Assembly: GCA_008369845.1 (NCBI GenBank)
Contig: MRSU01011330.1
Coordinates: 1 to 45,615 of the forward strand
Source: Trichomonas gallinae
Taxonomy: Eukaryota
DNA: 45,615 bases
Reading direction: 5' to 3'
The translations under genes were made by a program, and so were the position numbers. Of the stretch, positions 31,501-40,246 are shown in pieces. The notes beneath the pieces were generated by a model, which was given only the letters and a program-made list of their open reading frames with translations, had not been told where the DNA came from and made no database searches. Every line of letters starts with the position of its first letter. Position 1 is the stretch's first letter.

Positions 31501-32731
31501 CGCGACAGATGCATTTGCTATCATCAGGTGTGAAGATTTCCAGCTTGTTGAAGCTCTAGCTTCAGTTGATCCTGAATTCTTCAACTCAGTTCTCACTGAT
31601 GTCGAAGAGTTTAGAACAAAATCGTTTAGAGTCATTTCAAGACTACTTCCAACTGTCGACTTCAGTGGCCTTGTGATAAACGATGTTATATCGCAGCAGT
31701 TGGCATCGCTTATTGCATTACCGACACCGAAACACTGCTGCGTTTTGCTCAGATTTGTCACTGAGGCAATTTTGTGTCTTCGCCAGAGAAAGCTCACTGA
31801 ACTTGCTTATTCTGTCAGCGCTCTCGTTGTTGCTTCACTAGATGACATTGTTAATCTCGATGCTGCTGCCGTCTTCATGGAATTTAGGCATTTGCTGTTC
31901 ATCTTGGTCCAAGTTGTCGGCCCACTTCAGGATCAGCTGCTTACTTTTATTAACGACTTTTACTCAAAGAACGGGTCTCAGTTTCTTTACATTAATGCAG
32001 CCTCATTACTTGTTTCAACGAAGAAGCAGCCAATACAATCGCTTACCACAGCAGATTTTGTCAATGCTGTCAAGTCAGGAATCCCTTCAATAATGAGCGC
32101 TGGCATTGCTGGGGCAACTCACTTCATCCAGACAGATGCATCCTTAGTTGCAGTGACATTTATAATAAATTTCGTCGATTCGATCACGCCACTTATGTTT
32201 GACATTGCAAAGAACAACAAAACAACTGCCTGCTTGCTTCCTTTCATCATTAGGCTGCTTATGAACACAGAGAAATTCGGCTCTTTCCATCCGTTTTTGA
32301 TGGAATTCACTTCGCTTTTCATTTCTTTCCAGAATTCTCCGATTTTCGACTCTGCAATTCCTCTTCTTCCACAACTGATGGACACTTATCCAAGTCTCAT
32401 GGAAACAATATTCAATACGAGACACACCCCATCAGCTCTCATAGAGACAATTTACGACGTCTTCGAAGGCAGAGAAGAGACTGTTTACACAAAAACATTT
32501 GAGAAATTTTCACACAACCCGTCAATTGAAATCGGAAATCTATTAATTGAATTTGCGCAGAAACTCAATCGAACTGATGACCTCGAGCAATTCTTAAGAT
32601 CACATGCAGATCACAACAACCTCCAAACTTGTGTAATCCTTGCAAAAATCCTTGTTGAAAAGTACGGAAGAGAATCTGCTAAGCAGACACTTTCAGAGCT
32701 TTATCCATGCTTTACAGATCTTTTGATATAA
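28526..32731 (+). CDS. HEAT/alpha-solenoid protein, candidate miniaturised huntingtin-like protein, 1401 aa
   Basis: All-helical amphipathic pattern; HEAT signature EHDNANVRVTSYSTI; several segments align by eye with huntingtin N-HEAT and C-HEAT motifs in collinear order (see findings). The CDS itself is near certain; the score reflects the product call. Confidence 0.65.
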   Translation: MTFVVQNDQIFKVLYDFDTSKSGDQVEIATALGQFRRNLCYKWIQSIINHDGIDSLSTVISTLLNFTEHDNANVRVTSYSTIGALLVTTVLFYPRIFIKAFGNAVSGRKIIPKSSIAIINTFVFLSKFVSPVHLQEFITIPVMEHFKSDVTEFLQYLPNIIPHMKSLPLTYPQNLLRSIYFGRNISSAFSTSVYQLVCLNKKKMVPYLKNLFYEEKIVTCIASLGPVLLVDNEIFKLFGEDGQQIFADQAFADFTKENPKFIEFEYSCAVYSILLKKYKKTQYYDLITKRIQEVSQKNRPVHFARLLLQLSLSLDDIFKDKTESDSLKSAQLLALGKHVSAHYDEIDLNHTVELFARFEKTDNDVYCSFVEGFSICVNVLLRNCKGTKHINMLIKILKRTNKNWVQDLEVSNLISKIDHSIAETIIPSLLDLEEDRLLEFSLSPNTKLSETAMKSLKAISSYKTITNLLNKIMRSNWTDDFTAARRFHLLSILATEFDVDEFQDFIPIAYECIQFCESMAAISMMFNFLKHVKVTYIPRDVRDYCFNFVITSYEIFTQTLFNPPNYQGHQEIPPPSFLESYDTDIVSHPEIHHKTILGPTKSCFEFLCNIAPEVIEDTYTFFWICIYMIPIFDNAAIQKAISLNVTSIITDTGNWELIIKTFLTTSDNKVAATCCKLFAETKCQISDEVQLMIEKYLIEQRGTDPDLLFYCFVLIDRVDHEKALSTLPTLQLIIDPQIGPPLMFRLCAVLAKNVITSAVIDEFAMALLMIANNGVAEARNRVQKYLESNDFSKWCVTDKAMNEELIVFIKSLPQPYFTVNNVEGLDRDHLEFAMLHRDIIKFDGLDEHIAKNPMAFAKIKNVPYLIEQKEKFALKPIEKQQNISVCNRFVKGEFVKSVPLIISYLQNAKSPLNEDICVQIIHFAVEEHSKRLVKAILKHCLDFSVIIDYHSILISDDIFLTKEVLPLTVKLLKLKINEFPEKVMKAVHDITHATDAFAIIRCEDFQLVEALASVDPEFFNSVLTDVEEFRTKSFRVISRLLPTVDFSGLVINDVISQQLASLIALPTPKHCCVLLRFVTEAILCLRQRKLTELAYSVSALVVASLDDIVNLDAAAVFMEFRHLLFILVQVVGPLQDQLLTFINDFYSKNGSQFLYINAASLLVSTKKQPIQSLTTADFVNAVKSGIPSIMSAGIAGATHFIQTDASLVAVTFIINFVDSITPLMFDIAKNNKTTACLLPFIIRLLMNTEKFGSFHPFLMEFTSLFISFQNSPIFDSAIPLLPQLMDTYPSLMETIFNTRHTPSALIETIYDVFEGREETVYTKTFEKFSHNPSIEIGNLLIEFAQKLNRTDDLEQFLRSHADHNNLQTCVILAKILVEKYGRESAKQTLSELYPCFTDLLI

Positions 32732-32841
32732 TTTTTTTTTTGTTTTTAATATAAATAAATTTCTATCCTTGTTTATTTATTGATATTTGATAAAAAAATA
32801 GTAAAAATTCAAAATCCGAATATTTAATAAATAATAATATA

Positions 32842-35800
32842 TTATGTAATATCATTTGAGCTATGTTCCATCCAGCTGTCTGATCTATCCTTGAATAGTG
32901 GGATAGGGGTAGTAGGATCTGGATTGAGTTTTCCGCAAGAAATTTTGATTGATTTCAATAGTATATCAGCATTGCTTGGTGGTATCTCTTTGCTGTTTAA
33001 CAAGAAAGCAGTGAATCTTCTTATAAATGAATGGTTCGGGTTCGTTATGATTGGCTTACCCATAAAGAGCATTGCGATCTTGTGAATGATGATGTATTCA
33101 CCGAAAACAGCAGCTTTTTTGAATGTCGCAGATATCCCTTTTGACATTATATCTTCTGTCAAAAGAGCATCACCGTTTATGATGTCGAAGATCACACTTG
33201 GCGTCTTCATGCTGATAGTGGTCTGGCTGAATCTCTTGACTATACTAGAGCAAATTGATGCGTAAATAATATCACCAAACATCAGCAAACTCAATGCACG
33301 CTCAAACATTACAATGTTCGTCTCATCAATATAACCGAAATTATCAATCATAATAAACATCCGTGCAATTGATTGGTTGATCTTCATGAAGCCGTAGTCG
33401 ATCCACTGCAGCGCATGATTCATGATGAAGTAGACAATTTCTTTCTTCAAGTGAAATTCTTGCACAGTCCTTACGACGATGCCGAAAGCAGCAGAGAAAT
33501 ATTCGTCAAATTCTTTGGCAGTCGTAAACTGCTTTTTGATCCTCTCAACGATGTCAAGCAATATCTGTTGGAAATTGGGGTTTGTGTACATGTTTGATGT
33601 GACCAAAGAGTAGTTCATCAGAGATTTAAAGCACTGCTTGTTTCTTGTTGTTCCTAACAAATCAACAGCGAAGTTCTTAGCTTCGATTACGAAGCTCTCG
33701 CTGTATTGTGCGTTCATCGCCGCAACGAGCTGCATCTTGGTGAATTCAGGATCTGTTATTCCAGTTGCGTGCTCTATCTTCTTTTTCGCCTCCATGAATA
33801 GCGCCGGAATCTTCGAAAATAGGAAAACACAGCAGAGAACCAACAATTTTGGTGTCATCTCAGTCTTAGCGATCATCGAAAATAGCTTGTACATTGTTTT
33901 GTTGGATTTGATAGTTGGAGTGTCTGAAATCAATTTCGTGAGTGTCTCTATTGAGTCATTGATGACTTGTGATTTGTGCTCATCTGGACAATACTTGAAC
34001 GCGATGTCGATTGTTGTCATTGAAAAATCAATGTCGAACAAGCTCTTAAAAGTTAGCTGAGTTCTCTCAACATCTGTCATAAGAGCAGCCCACAGCTCTT
34101 TTGACGAGTTTGTGAATGCCAGAGGGGAAACAGATATATCACCTGAAGTCTTGATTGGAACGTAAAACATGTCAAGGGGCAGATCTTTCACGCACAAAAG
34201 AATTGCTTTGCAAGTGGCCAAAATAGCAAGCGTCAATGAGTCAGATAATGGTTTTGCTCTCAGAGCGTCAATAGTTTTCATGTATGGGCCAACATACTGT
34301 GGGAAATCTTCGATTAAGAAGTTAACGATATTTCCTTCTTCTTTGTGTTTTTGGAATGACCCCATTTTGTCTGGATGCTTCGCTTTGATGTAATCCTCGA
34401 GATATATAATTGTAGATTCTTTCTGCATCCTCGTGAACATGCAGAACACGAATAAAACATGCTCTTCGATTATCATACTCTTCATCTTCAACAAGGCGTC
34501 GACAGTTGCGAATGGCGCGATGCTCAAAATTTGCTTCAGCAATTCTTTTGCCGTGTCGCTGTTGATCTTGATGATGTCGATTATGCTGTTGAACTTGAGC
34601 TCGTAGTTTTTCGTTTCCGCGAGGAAGTCCGCGCAGTGCACTGGTGTGTTGCCCATCTTTATAAGACACAATAAAAGAGAATGGGCTGCTTTTATCAGCG
34701 CAGTGTCGCGCGATTTGTCTTCCTGTACGGCAGTCATCGTGATGATATAAAAATCCAGTATATTTGGAGAGGTCTTGATCTTCCCTGCATTCATCAGTGT
34801 TGCCAAGTGGCCGAGAGTGACGGCATAGTCATGAATTTTTGTTACAGCTGGCTTCTTGTTGAATAAGTCCAGAACTTTTCCTATGAACGTTTTGTTTGCT
34901 TTTGCATCAAATTTTGCCAAATTTTCGACCAAAGACGAAACGAGATGCCTTAATGTCAGGCAAAGCATTTTAACGTCAGCATCAAAATCAACCAATGGAA
35001 CAATAAGAGGCAGAGCTGTTCCAGACATCCTCGACAAGTACTGCATTGTGTCGTTTTCTTTCAGCATCGAAACGAATTTTGCCGGAGGAAGGAACTCGTC
35101 GCCCATCTGGTCGTGCAGCTCCATCGAATAAAGAGCAGCGATTGCCTCCAAGAAGTATTTGTTTGTCTCCGAGTATTTAAGGAATCTCTTGAATACATCA
35201 ACAGCCAGAGGATGGTTTGTGCCAGCGAGCTTCTTGAGCATGAAGCAGGCGCAGTCGTATCTTGCCCCCTCCTCGCTCAAGATTGTCGGGATATCGCGAG
35301 GCTTTCCGTAGACTTTCTTCGTGATGTAGTTGTAGTCTGAGTTAAACCTGAGGATGAATTGCTGCGCTTCCGCATCGTAGTCCTTCCAATCTGTGTTGGC
35401 GGCCATGAAGAGCTCGCCAGCCTGCTCAAGCATCGTGTAGGAGGCCTTCCTCACTGCTGGGTCCCTGTGGAAAGTCATGACAATGCCCATGATGTGCATC
35501 TCTTCGAACGGGATGTTGCCGATTGCGTCTTCAACAGGGTCGGATTCCCCTCTCGCAGCTAGCTTTAAAGCAGCTGCATCATCCAGTCTTTGCACATTCT
35601 TAACAACTCCGATTGCCTTGTTGATATAAGCGAGTAAAGCGAGCGGAAATGCAACCATCTTTGGATGGTTGATGCTTAAATCCCACGACCTTAAAATATT
35701 AGCGAGAACTGGAGTGATTTTCACGATATCTGTTGGAATAATCGTTTCTAATTTGCCTGGATATGCAACTGCCACGTCCAATATATCAGAACTGATGTTT

Positions 35801-36873
35801 CCTGTCGCGAAGTAGTCAGACAAAATTCGTTCTGGGAGTTCATTGTTCAGATCATAAAGATGTTTTATGAAATAGCCTGCTCTTGCCCTAGCGTTCAGTG
35901 TGTTCAATGGCGTAATAGGCAGACTGTGCAAGAATGTTGACAGACAGCTACTGAACTCTTCGACCCTATCTAAGGGTAGAGCTGTAATTGTATTGAAAGT
36001 AAACTCCAAAACCGAGTAAGTTTTCTCTAAACAGTTTCCTGTTGTCGCAAATTGTATGAAATCGTTGATTCTTTGAGAAACCGCGTAGACGTAATTCGGA
36101 AGTGTAATATAAAGGGCAGAAGATAGTAATTTTGATATTGGGCTGCTCACAACATGTGGATTACCCAAAATATTGATAATATCTGATTCATTTTCTATTT
36201 TGATTTGTGTGCATGTATTAAGCAATAATGTTTTGATTAAATCCATTGAAATCGTATTTACACATATCGTACAAATCCTGCAAACCATGCTGGCTATCGA
36301 AACATAATGATTATTACCCAAATTTGGTGGTAAATCGATATATGAAAGAAATTGTATGGTTGTATTAGTATTTCGTTGCATTTCGAACGCGTCAAAGAGT
36401 TGTAAGACTGCATCCATGTTGGATTTTAGAAATTTCGATATTGATTCCGCACCAATTTTAATCAAGTTAGATTTCTGATCTTTAATTTCGAGCAAAAGCT
36501 TGTAAAACGCCGACCAGAAAGAATCAAGACTAATTTTTTCATCATTTGCTGAGAATACATCGATAATTAAACAAAAAAATAGGAATTTATGATAATTTTT
36601 TCCTGAACTGTGAGCATTTTTCGTAATTTCTTTTACAAAAGCGTCTATTTGAAGTGTCGGAATTGAATTAAGCTGTCTATCCAAGAAATAAGCGTAATTT
36701 GTGTAATTTTGAATTTTCAAACCGGTGCCCTTAGTAAAGTAATCAACATGAACGTCTTCAGTTCGAGAAAACTCCTCATAAAGGCGCGTAATTTGTTGAT
36801 ATGTGTTATCTAACAAACTCAAAACTTGGGTCATCAGTTTTTTTTTTAGTTTTTTTAAGTCAGTTTTTGACAT
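32842..36873 (-). CDS. Alpha-solenoid (ARM/HEAT-like) hypothetical protein, 1343 aa, weakly Furry/Tao3/Mor2-like
   Basis: 4-kb uninterrupted ORF with a helical repeat pattern, e.g. MGIVMTFHRDPAVRKASYTMLEQAGEL and LLVLCCVFLFSKIPALFMEAKK; the family assignment is tentative. Confidence 0.55.
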   Translation of the reverse strand: MSKTDLKKLKKKLMTQVLSLLDNTYQQITRLYEEFSRTEDVHVDYFTKGTGLKIQNYTNYAYFLDRQLNSIPTLQIDAFVKEITKNAHSSGKNYHKFLFFCLIIDVFSANDEKISLDSFWSAFYKLLLEIKDQKSNLIKIGAESISKFLKSNMDAVLQLFDAFEMQRNTNTTIQFLSYIDLPPNLGNNHYVSIASMVCRICTICVNTISMDLIKTLLLNTCTQIKIENESDIINILGNPHVVSSPISKLLSSALYITLPNYVYAVSQRINDFIQFATTGNCLEKTYSVLEFTFNTITALPLDRVEEFSSCLSTFLHSLPITPLNTLNARARAGYFIKHLYDLNNELPERILSDYFATGNISSDILDVAVAYPGKLETIIPTDIVKITPVLANILRSWDLSINHPKMVAFPLALLAYINKAIGVVKNVQRLDDAAALKLAARGESDPVEDAIGNIPFEEMHIMGIVMTFHRDPAVRKASYTMLEQAGELFMAANTDWKDYDAEAQQFILRFNSDYNYITKKVYGKPRDIPTILSEEGARYDCACFMLKKLAGTNHPLAVDVFKRFLKYSETNKYFLEAIAALYSMELHDQMGDEFLPPAKFVSMLKENDTMQYLSRMSGTALPLIVPLVDFDADVKMLCLTLRHLVSSLVENLAKFDAKANKTFIGKVLDLFNKKPAVTKIHDYAVTLGHLATLMNAGKIKTSPNILDFYIITMTAVQEDKSRDTALIKAAHSLLLCLIKMGNTPVHCADFLAETKNYELKFNSIIDIIKINSDTAKELLKQILSIAPFATVDALLKMKSMIIEEHVLFVFCMFTRMQKESTIIYLEDYIKAKHPDKMGSFQKHKEEGNIVNFLIEDFPQYVGPYMKTIDALRAKPLSDSLTLAILATCKAILLCVKDLPLDMFYVPIKTSGDISVSPLAFTNSSKELWAALMTDVERTQLTFKSLFDIDFSMTTIDIAFKYCPDEHKSQVINDSIETLTKLISDTPTIKSNKTMYKLFSMIAKTEMTPKLLVLCCVFLFSKIPALFMEAKKKIEHATGITDPEFTKMQLVAAMNAQYSESFVIEAKNFAVDLLGTTRNKQCFKSLMNYSLVTSNMYTNPNFQQILLDIVERIKKQFTTAKEFDEYFSAAFGIVVRTVQEFHLKKEIVYFIMNHALQWIDYGFMKINQSIARMFIMIDNFGYIDETNIVMFERALSLLMFGDIIYASICSSIVKRFSQTTISMKTPSVIFDIINGDALLTEDIMSKGISATFKKAAVFGEYIIIHKIAMLFMGKPIITNPNHSFIRRFTAFLLNSKEIPPSNADILLKSIKISCGKLNPDPTTPIPLFKDRSDSWMEHSSNDIT

Positions 36874-37142
36874 ATTGATTGGACCATTTTTCTAAAAACA
36901 ATACAAACAATAGTTTATTTTTATGGAATTTCTGGGAATCACAAAAAATTGACTAAACATCAACTGAAACCTTTCGCATTTTTCTCTTTGACTATAGCTT
37001 AGCAGGAATTTAAACTCGGATTCTATTTTCTAATCCACGATTTTTGAATGCTTTACTTGTCAGATGATTTTTAGAATCCTTTTAATTTTTTTGAGTCCTT
37101 TACACCGCAGTAAGTTTACGTGTCAGATTTTGATTTGAAACA

Positions 37143-37272
37143 ATTGGCGAAGTAATTCTTTTCCCATGGGGTTTTGTTACAACATATTGACTTATTAATG
37201 ATAAAACCGGCATGTTATTGCAATTAATTATTAAATGTAACAGGCTGAGATTCGATATTGGCGAAGTAATTC
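37143..37272. repeat. 16-bp exact direct repeat ATTGGCGAAGTAATTC, copies 114 bp apart
   Basis: Copies at 37143-37158 (downstream of the ankyrin gene stop) and 37257-37272 (inside the last codons of the ankyrin gene). Confidence 0.85.
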
Positions 37273-40005
37273 GTTAATTTTGTCGAAACCATTTGATTCT
37301 GCAATACTGTATGCGTCTGCATCTTCTCCATTCTTTTCAAAGGGATCTGCCCCTTTTTCGAGCAAAAGTTTTGTTACTTCGCAGCAGTTTTGGGTAACTG
37401 CATAGTGCAGTGCTGTATTTCCATCAACTGTTCTTGCATCGATCTTGCAGCCGCTGCTGATTAAGAATTTTGCTATATCTGTATTCCCGTGCATGCATGC
37501 GATCATCAGAGCGTTAACGCCAAGTTTGTTTGTTTTGTCCATGTTTGCGCCATGAGATACTAATGATTTCACAAATTTCATTTTGTTCTTTCCTGATGCA
37601 AGCATCAAGCACGTGTAGTCGTATTCGCAGTCTTTGTCTAGATATGCTCCGCTGAAAACTAAAAGATTGAAAACCTGCCGAGATCCAGCGTTACATGCAA
37701 TAAACAATGCATTGTAGCGGTATATGTCTTCGACTTCCAAGTTGCATTTTGCTTTTACTAAAAGCTTAGCCACCTCCAAAGAATTCTTATCAGCTGCTAT
37801 CATTAGTGGAGTCCATCCTCTTATATTTAGTGAGTTGACATTTGCTCCTCTTTCAATCAATAGTTTTGCCACTCTTTCGCAGTTGTACAGAGCTGCAACA
37901 TACAGCGGCGTTGATTCGTCAAAGACTATCTCAATATCGGCTTTTGCATCCAGCAAAATCTTAACATAGTCATCTCTATCTAATCTTGCGCAGTCGGAAA
38001 GCAGCGGCCAGCCATCGGGAAAGCGAACATTCACATTCGCACCATGTTTCACCAGTTCGCAAAATATTTCAAATGAACTTGATTCAAAAGCATGAATTAA
38101 TGCAGTGAAACCTCGCTCGTTTACTACATCTAACAATGGATTGTATTCTAGTAAAATGAGAACTGTATTAATTTCTCCATTCGCGCATGCAAGCATTAAA
38201 GGAGTTGCTCCGTTTATCATCTGCAGATTCACGTCTGCTCCATTTTCCAAAAGAAACTTCACTGAGTGAAAGCTCCCATTTCCACAAGCATAGTGCAAAG
38301 CTGATATCCTATTCTGCAATGTTTTATCAACCAAAGCACCTTTTTCTATTAGTAATTTAACAATATTGTAAAAATCAAAGCCAGCTGCAATCATTAAAGG
38401 AGTCATGAAGCTAGAGTCCAAAACTTCCATGTTTGCACCATGATTTAATAAACACGTAACAGCATCATAAGCACCATTTTTCACAGCATATATTAGTGCG
38501 TTATTCTGCTCCCCATCTATGTATTCTATATCCGCTTTGTATTTCAGCAAAACTTCAATGACTTTTGCCGCATTTTTCGATGCAGCAATTTGCAAAGCCG
38601 TCATAGAGTTTGGGTTTTTACTGTCTACATCTATGCCTTTTTTAATCAACATTTCAGCAATCTCCCCTTTATCAAAAAAAGCACATGTCATAAGCAAATT
38701 ATCACCGTTGATAAGAATGTTAAAATTCGCATTATTTTCTAGCAAAATTTTTGCAACCTCAAAAGAGCCATTCATGCACGCAACAGTTAATGCTGTCCAT
38801 CCGAGAGCATTCACAATATCAATTTTCGCCTTATGCTCGATAAGAATCTGCGTTAATTCAATATTTCCTGTGCATGCAGCCTTCATTAAAGCGGTCCATT
38901 TTGCATCAGCCTCCGCATCAACATCTGGGTGGAACTCGAGGATAAGTTTTACGATGTCATTCGACGAAGACTCAACAGCAGAAATGAGTGGTGTCATATT
39001 GTTGTTTGCGGCAAGATTGACATCAGCATGATGCTCTAGAAGAAAAACAGCTGTATCATAGTCACCCATTTGCGAAATTATGTTTAGGGCAGTTTCGCCC
39101 CTCGGGTTTTGAAAATTAATGTCAGCACCGCAAGCGAGCAGAAAATCCATGATTGGCTTAATTCCCATGAATGCAGCAGCGAAGAATGCAGTTATATTCT
39201 TTGAGTCTCTTTCGTCTATTGTCTCTATTTCCATCAATTTATCAAGAAACATTTTCAAGTTAAAACTTTTTGTGGCGTTCATCCAATCATAGTCGAAATC
39301 ATATTTATCTATCAGATATCTAACAGTTTCATTGTGATGGCACTGCACAGCTGTTTCTATGCAGTCCCTATTGACTGGAAGCGAATTCTCACAAATGTGG
39401 ATAATCTCGTAGTTGTTTCCCCAAAAAGCGGCGTTTAACGTGTCTTTTGTTATCTCAATGTTGTTGTTCAAAATGAATTTAAAGCAGTTTAAAGAGCCCG
39501 AATATGCAGCAAATGTAAGCATTGAGAATTGGTCTTGTATTATTGAGTCGAACTCGAATTCCTGGCTGGAAGACAGCTGCAAAAGTCCCTCGAGATTGTC
39601 CCATGTGATGAAATTTTCGAGCGTGCCTTCTGGCTGGAGAGAATAAAATACTTCATCTGGAGCATATGGAACAGGTTTTCTGCTTTTGATTATTCCATGT
39701 ATTGTAAGCAATGTTTGAAAATTTTCATTTTTTAAAGTTATTTTTTCAACATTTATTGGAAAAATCTCGTTAATCCTGAATAGAAGCAGTGAAAATGGCT
39801 TTATATTTTTAAATCTAAAAGTTATCATTCGATCGAGCATATTTAATAAAATTCTTGCGTCAAATAATTTTGCTTCAAAGCAGTGAAGTATTTTTGGTAT
39901 AATATCGCCGATAGTTTGCTCTGTTATATCCCAAATCATCTCGGTGACCTCAAGAATTTCGATAATTTGCTGTGGAATCGACTCATAAGAAAAAATTTTA
40001 GCCAT
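37231..40005 (-). CDS. Ankyrin-repeat protein with N-terminal DUF3447-like region, 924 aa
   Basis: About 20 ankyrin repeats (G.T[PA]L..A...G......LL..GAD.N); N-terminal AAYSGSLNCFKFIL..AFWGNNYEIIHICE..AVQCHHNETVRYL typical of the trichomonad DUF3447-ankyrin family; first in-frame ATG is 40005 (MAKIFSY). Confidence 0.92.
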   Translation of the reverse strand: MAKIFSYESIPQQIIEILEVTEMIWDITEQTIGDIIPKILHCFEAKLFDARILLNMLDRMITFRFKNIKPFSLLLFRINEIFPINVEKITLKNENFQTLLTIHGIIKSRKPVPYAPDEVFYSLQPEGTLENFITWDNLEGLLQLSSSQEFEFDSIIQDQFSMLTFAAYSGSLNCFKFILNNNIEITKDTLNAAFWGNNYEIIHICENSLPVNRDCIETAVQCHHNETVRYLIDKYDFDYDWMNATKSFNLKMFLDKLMEIETIDERDSKNITAFFAAAFMGIKPIMDFLLACGADINFQNPRGETALNIISQMGDYDTAVFLLEHHADVNLAANNNMTPLISAVESSSNDIVKLILEFHPDVDAEADAKWTALMKAACTGNIELTQILIEHKAKIDIVNALGWTALTVACMNGSFEVAKILLENNANFNILINGDNLLMTCAFFDKGEIAEMLIKKGIDVDSKNPNSMTALQIAASKNAAKVIEVLLKYKADIEYIDGEQNNALIYAVKNGAYDAVTCLLNHGANMEVLDSSFMTPLMIAAGFDFYNIVKLLIEKGALVDKTLQNRISALHYACGNGSFHSVKFLLENGADVNLQMINGATPLMLACANGEINTVLILLEYNPLLDVVNERGFTALIHAFESSSFEIFCELVKHGANVNVRFPDGWPLLSDCARLDRDDYVKILLDAKADIEIVFDESTPLYVAALYNCERVAKLLIERGANVNSLNIRGWTPLMIAADKNSLEVAKLLVKAKCNLEVEDIYRYNALFIACNAGSRQVFNLLVFSGAYLDKDCEYDYTCLMLASGKNKMKFVKSLVSHGANMDKTNKLGVNALMIACMHGNTDIAKFLISSGCKIDARTVDGNTALHYAVTQNCCEVTKLLLEKGADPFEKNGEDADAYSIAESNGFDKINELLRQYRISACYI

Positions 40006-40246
40006 TTTAAAAAGCGACAAAATAAAAAATTTATAGAATGGTCGGACAAAACTGTCATTCCGCGCCAAAAGTTGTCTAGAATCGGACAAAGTTGTCGAGA
40101 AAAGGAACAAAGCATAAAAATATACGCAATAACACTATTATATATCTCTATTATATGCAAATATATGTACTCATCTAATATACAAACATTTTTGACACTT
40201 CACAAGCATTTATTTTTAATTTTGAAAAACAAACAAATATATATTT

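Noticed and set aside
9595..32731. Apparent endolysosomal theme (BEACH, TOM1/GPR137-like, huntingtin-like) as a functional cluster
   Set aside because: The genes are interspersed with unrelated ones and BEACH genes are numerous in trichomonads; nothing in the sequence supports co-regulation.
28526..36873. Idea that the 1401-aa and 1343-aa convergent genes are two halves of a split huntingtin
   Set aside because: The 1401-aa protein already contains both N-HEAT-like and C-HEAT-like motifs, and I could find no huntingtin motif in the 1343-aa protein.
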